From an uncultured virus (IMG/VR IMGVR_UViG_3300046694_000616) (taxonomy: Duplodnaviria > Heunggongvirae > Uroviricota > Caudoviricetes): 57,286 nt of DNA. This document shows positions 56,166 to 57,286 of this stretch, in pieces. Below the pieces are notes generated by a model that was not told the DNA's origin, searched no databases, and was given only the letters and a program-made list of their open reading frames with translations. The first letter of the stretch is position 1; each line of letters starts with the position of its first letter. Location of the stretch: IMG/VR virus record IMGVR_UViG_3300046694_000616. One strand, written 5' to 3'. The position numbers and the translations under genes are program-made.

Positions 56166-56705
56166 ATGAAAGAGCGAAAAGCAGCAAGTCGTGCTGAGTT
56201 TGAGCTTTTGGCCGACATGCTGACAGACCTGGCGAAAGCCGAGTATCTGTCCAATGTTGAGCTGATGCCCAAACTCGTGGTGATGGGATTGGACCCGCGC
56301 ATCTCGGGGCAGCCCGTGTACCGCTTTGGCCAGGTTCCCGTTATGGAGTTGATGACGAGCGCCGCCGGTGTTCCCGGGGAGGTTGTCGTCGCTGCGCTTA
56401 TCGAACGATTGTCCCGTGACCCGGAAGTATTGGTCGTGGGGCACATCTCCGAAGCGTGGACCGCGCAATACACGAAGGAGGCCCGGGAGAAGATGGGCCC
56501 CACCGTGGACCCCGAATCTGCGCCGAACAGGGAGGAAGTGCTGCTGCTGAATCTGCATTCAACCAGCTGCGTCGCACTGATGACCTGCAAGTTGACAAGG
56601 AAAGGCCGGACGACCGTGTTTCAGAAGGGCGATTTGCTTTTCCATCCGCGGACGACTGAAGGCCGTCTTGGCCGCTACACCAACAGGACAGGAGAACTGG
56701 CATGA
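56166..56705 (+). CDS. Hypothetical protein
   Basis: SEAW..P.REEV motif, CCTATAC upstream. Confidence 0.7.
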   Translation: MKERKAASRAEFELLADMLTDLAKAEYLSNVELMPKLVVMGLDPRISGQPVYRFGQVPVMELMTSAAGVPGEVVVAALIERLSRDPEVLVVGHISEAWTAQYTKEAREKMGPTVDPESAPNREEVLLLNLHSTSCVALMTCKLTRKGRTTVFQKGDLLFHPRTTEGRLGRYTNRTGELA

Positions 56706-57286
56706 CTGAAAGAAACGAAATGATGTTCGGATGTGACCCGAAAGCCATGATGGTCGAGCTCGCGCCGCACATCGAGCTCAATGGTCTCGGCATGGTGCTC
56801 ACAAGCATGCTGTCCGATGTCCAGGAGATGCTCGAGCTGCGTCGTGGCGAAGAGGCACGCAAGGCGTTGAATCGCATCAAGTACATCATGGGCGAGAAAT
56901 TGCCCCGCGTGTACGCCGCGCCGGCCGATGTCTCGGTTCGTGAGCAGCTCGGCAAGTTGCATGCGCTTCTGGCGCAGACGACAGCGGGTACGTGGCACGC
57001 GCTTCCGGGCCGTTCACGCGTCATCAGCGGCAAGTTGTTTGACGGCGGTGGCTTTGAAGGCTATGACGTGATTCAAGGTCATGGTCCGAAAGCCAGCGAA
57101 GCCAAGGCCAACGCAGCGCTCAGTGCGAATCTGCACAACGCAGCGCCGGCACTCCTGGCTGCGGCTTCCCTTGTGGAAGAGGTGTTGATGGAGCAGGACA
57201 AGCTTCCGCTGGAGCAACGAAATCAGGGCATCGTCGACAAGGCGCATTCCACCTTGCTGGCGTTGAAACAAAGTCTGTCGATGTAA
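56702..57286 (+). CDS. Hypothetical protein
   Basis: AGGAGA RBS, ATGA coupling, ends at window edge. Confidence 0.7.
   Translation: MTERNEMMFGCDPKAMMVELAPHIELNGLGMVLTSMLSDVQEMLELRRGEEARKALNRIKYIMGEKLPRVYAAPADVSVREQLGKLHALLAQTTAGTWHALPGRSRVISGKLFDGGGFEGYDVIQGHGPKASEAKANAALSANLHNAAPALLAAASLVEEVLMEQDKLPLEQRNQGIVDKAHSTLLALKQSLSM

Noticed and set aside
1..57286. tRNA, rRNA, replication origin/iterons, conjugation or virion genes
   Set aside because: None recognised by eye, so plasmid versus phage identity cannot be settled from this window

Overview
GC-rich (roughly 60%, estimated by eye) accessory region. It is most likely part of a large Betaproteobacterial (Burkholderiaceae-like) megaplasmid or phage-plasmid/jumbo-phage-like replicon. 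This is inferred from gene content; no rep, tra or virion genes are in the window. It carries phage-type DNA/nucleotide genes (NAD-dependent ligase, ERCC4 nuclease, UDG-like protein, dNMP kinase, MazG-like protein, HU, ArdC-like protein, orphan DndC-like PAPS reductase) and a solo TnpB. There is a four-gene polysaccharide synthase/export/UDP-HexNAc dehydrogenase cassette and an NAD/ADP-ribose toolkit (PRPP-synthetase-like + NAMPT-like pair resembling NARP1, an NrtR-like regulator, a SLOG-macro-NADAR-DUF4326 fusion). A minus-strand cluster encodes a J-domain/kinase-like protein, a vWA protein, a large TerD-domain protein and a divergent PurA-like enzyme. The most notable unannotated signals are: (i) two tandem, separately promoted, covarying structured ncRNA copies directly upstream of the TerD-domain gene; (ii) a shared pseudo-palindromic 16-bp operator-like motif linking the NAD, NrtR, EPS and J-kinase/vWA loci; (iii) a recurring SCTATAC promoter-like motif; (iv) a homing-endonuclease insertion that left a displaced copy of the NAMPT 3' end; (v) a stand-alone sRNA, a pseudoknotted leader and a 41-aa acidic peptide. 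All family calls come from motif recognition by eye; no database searches were run.
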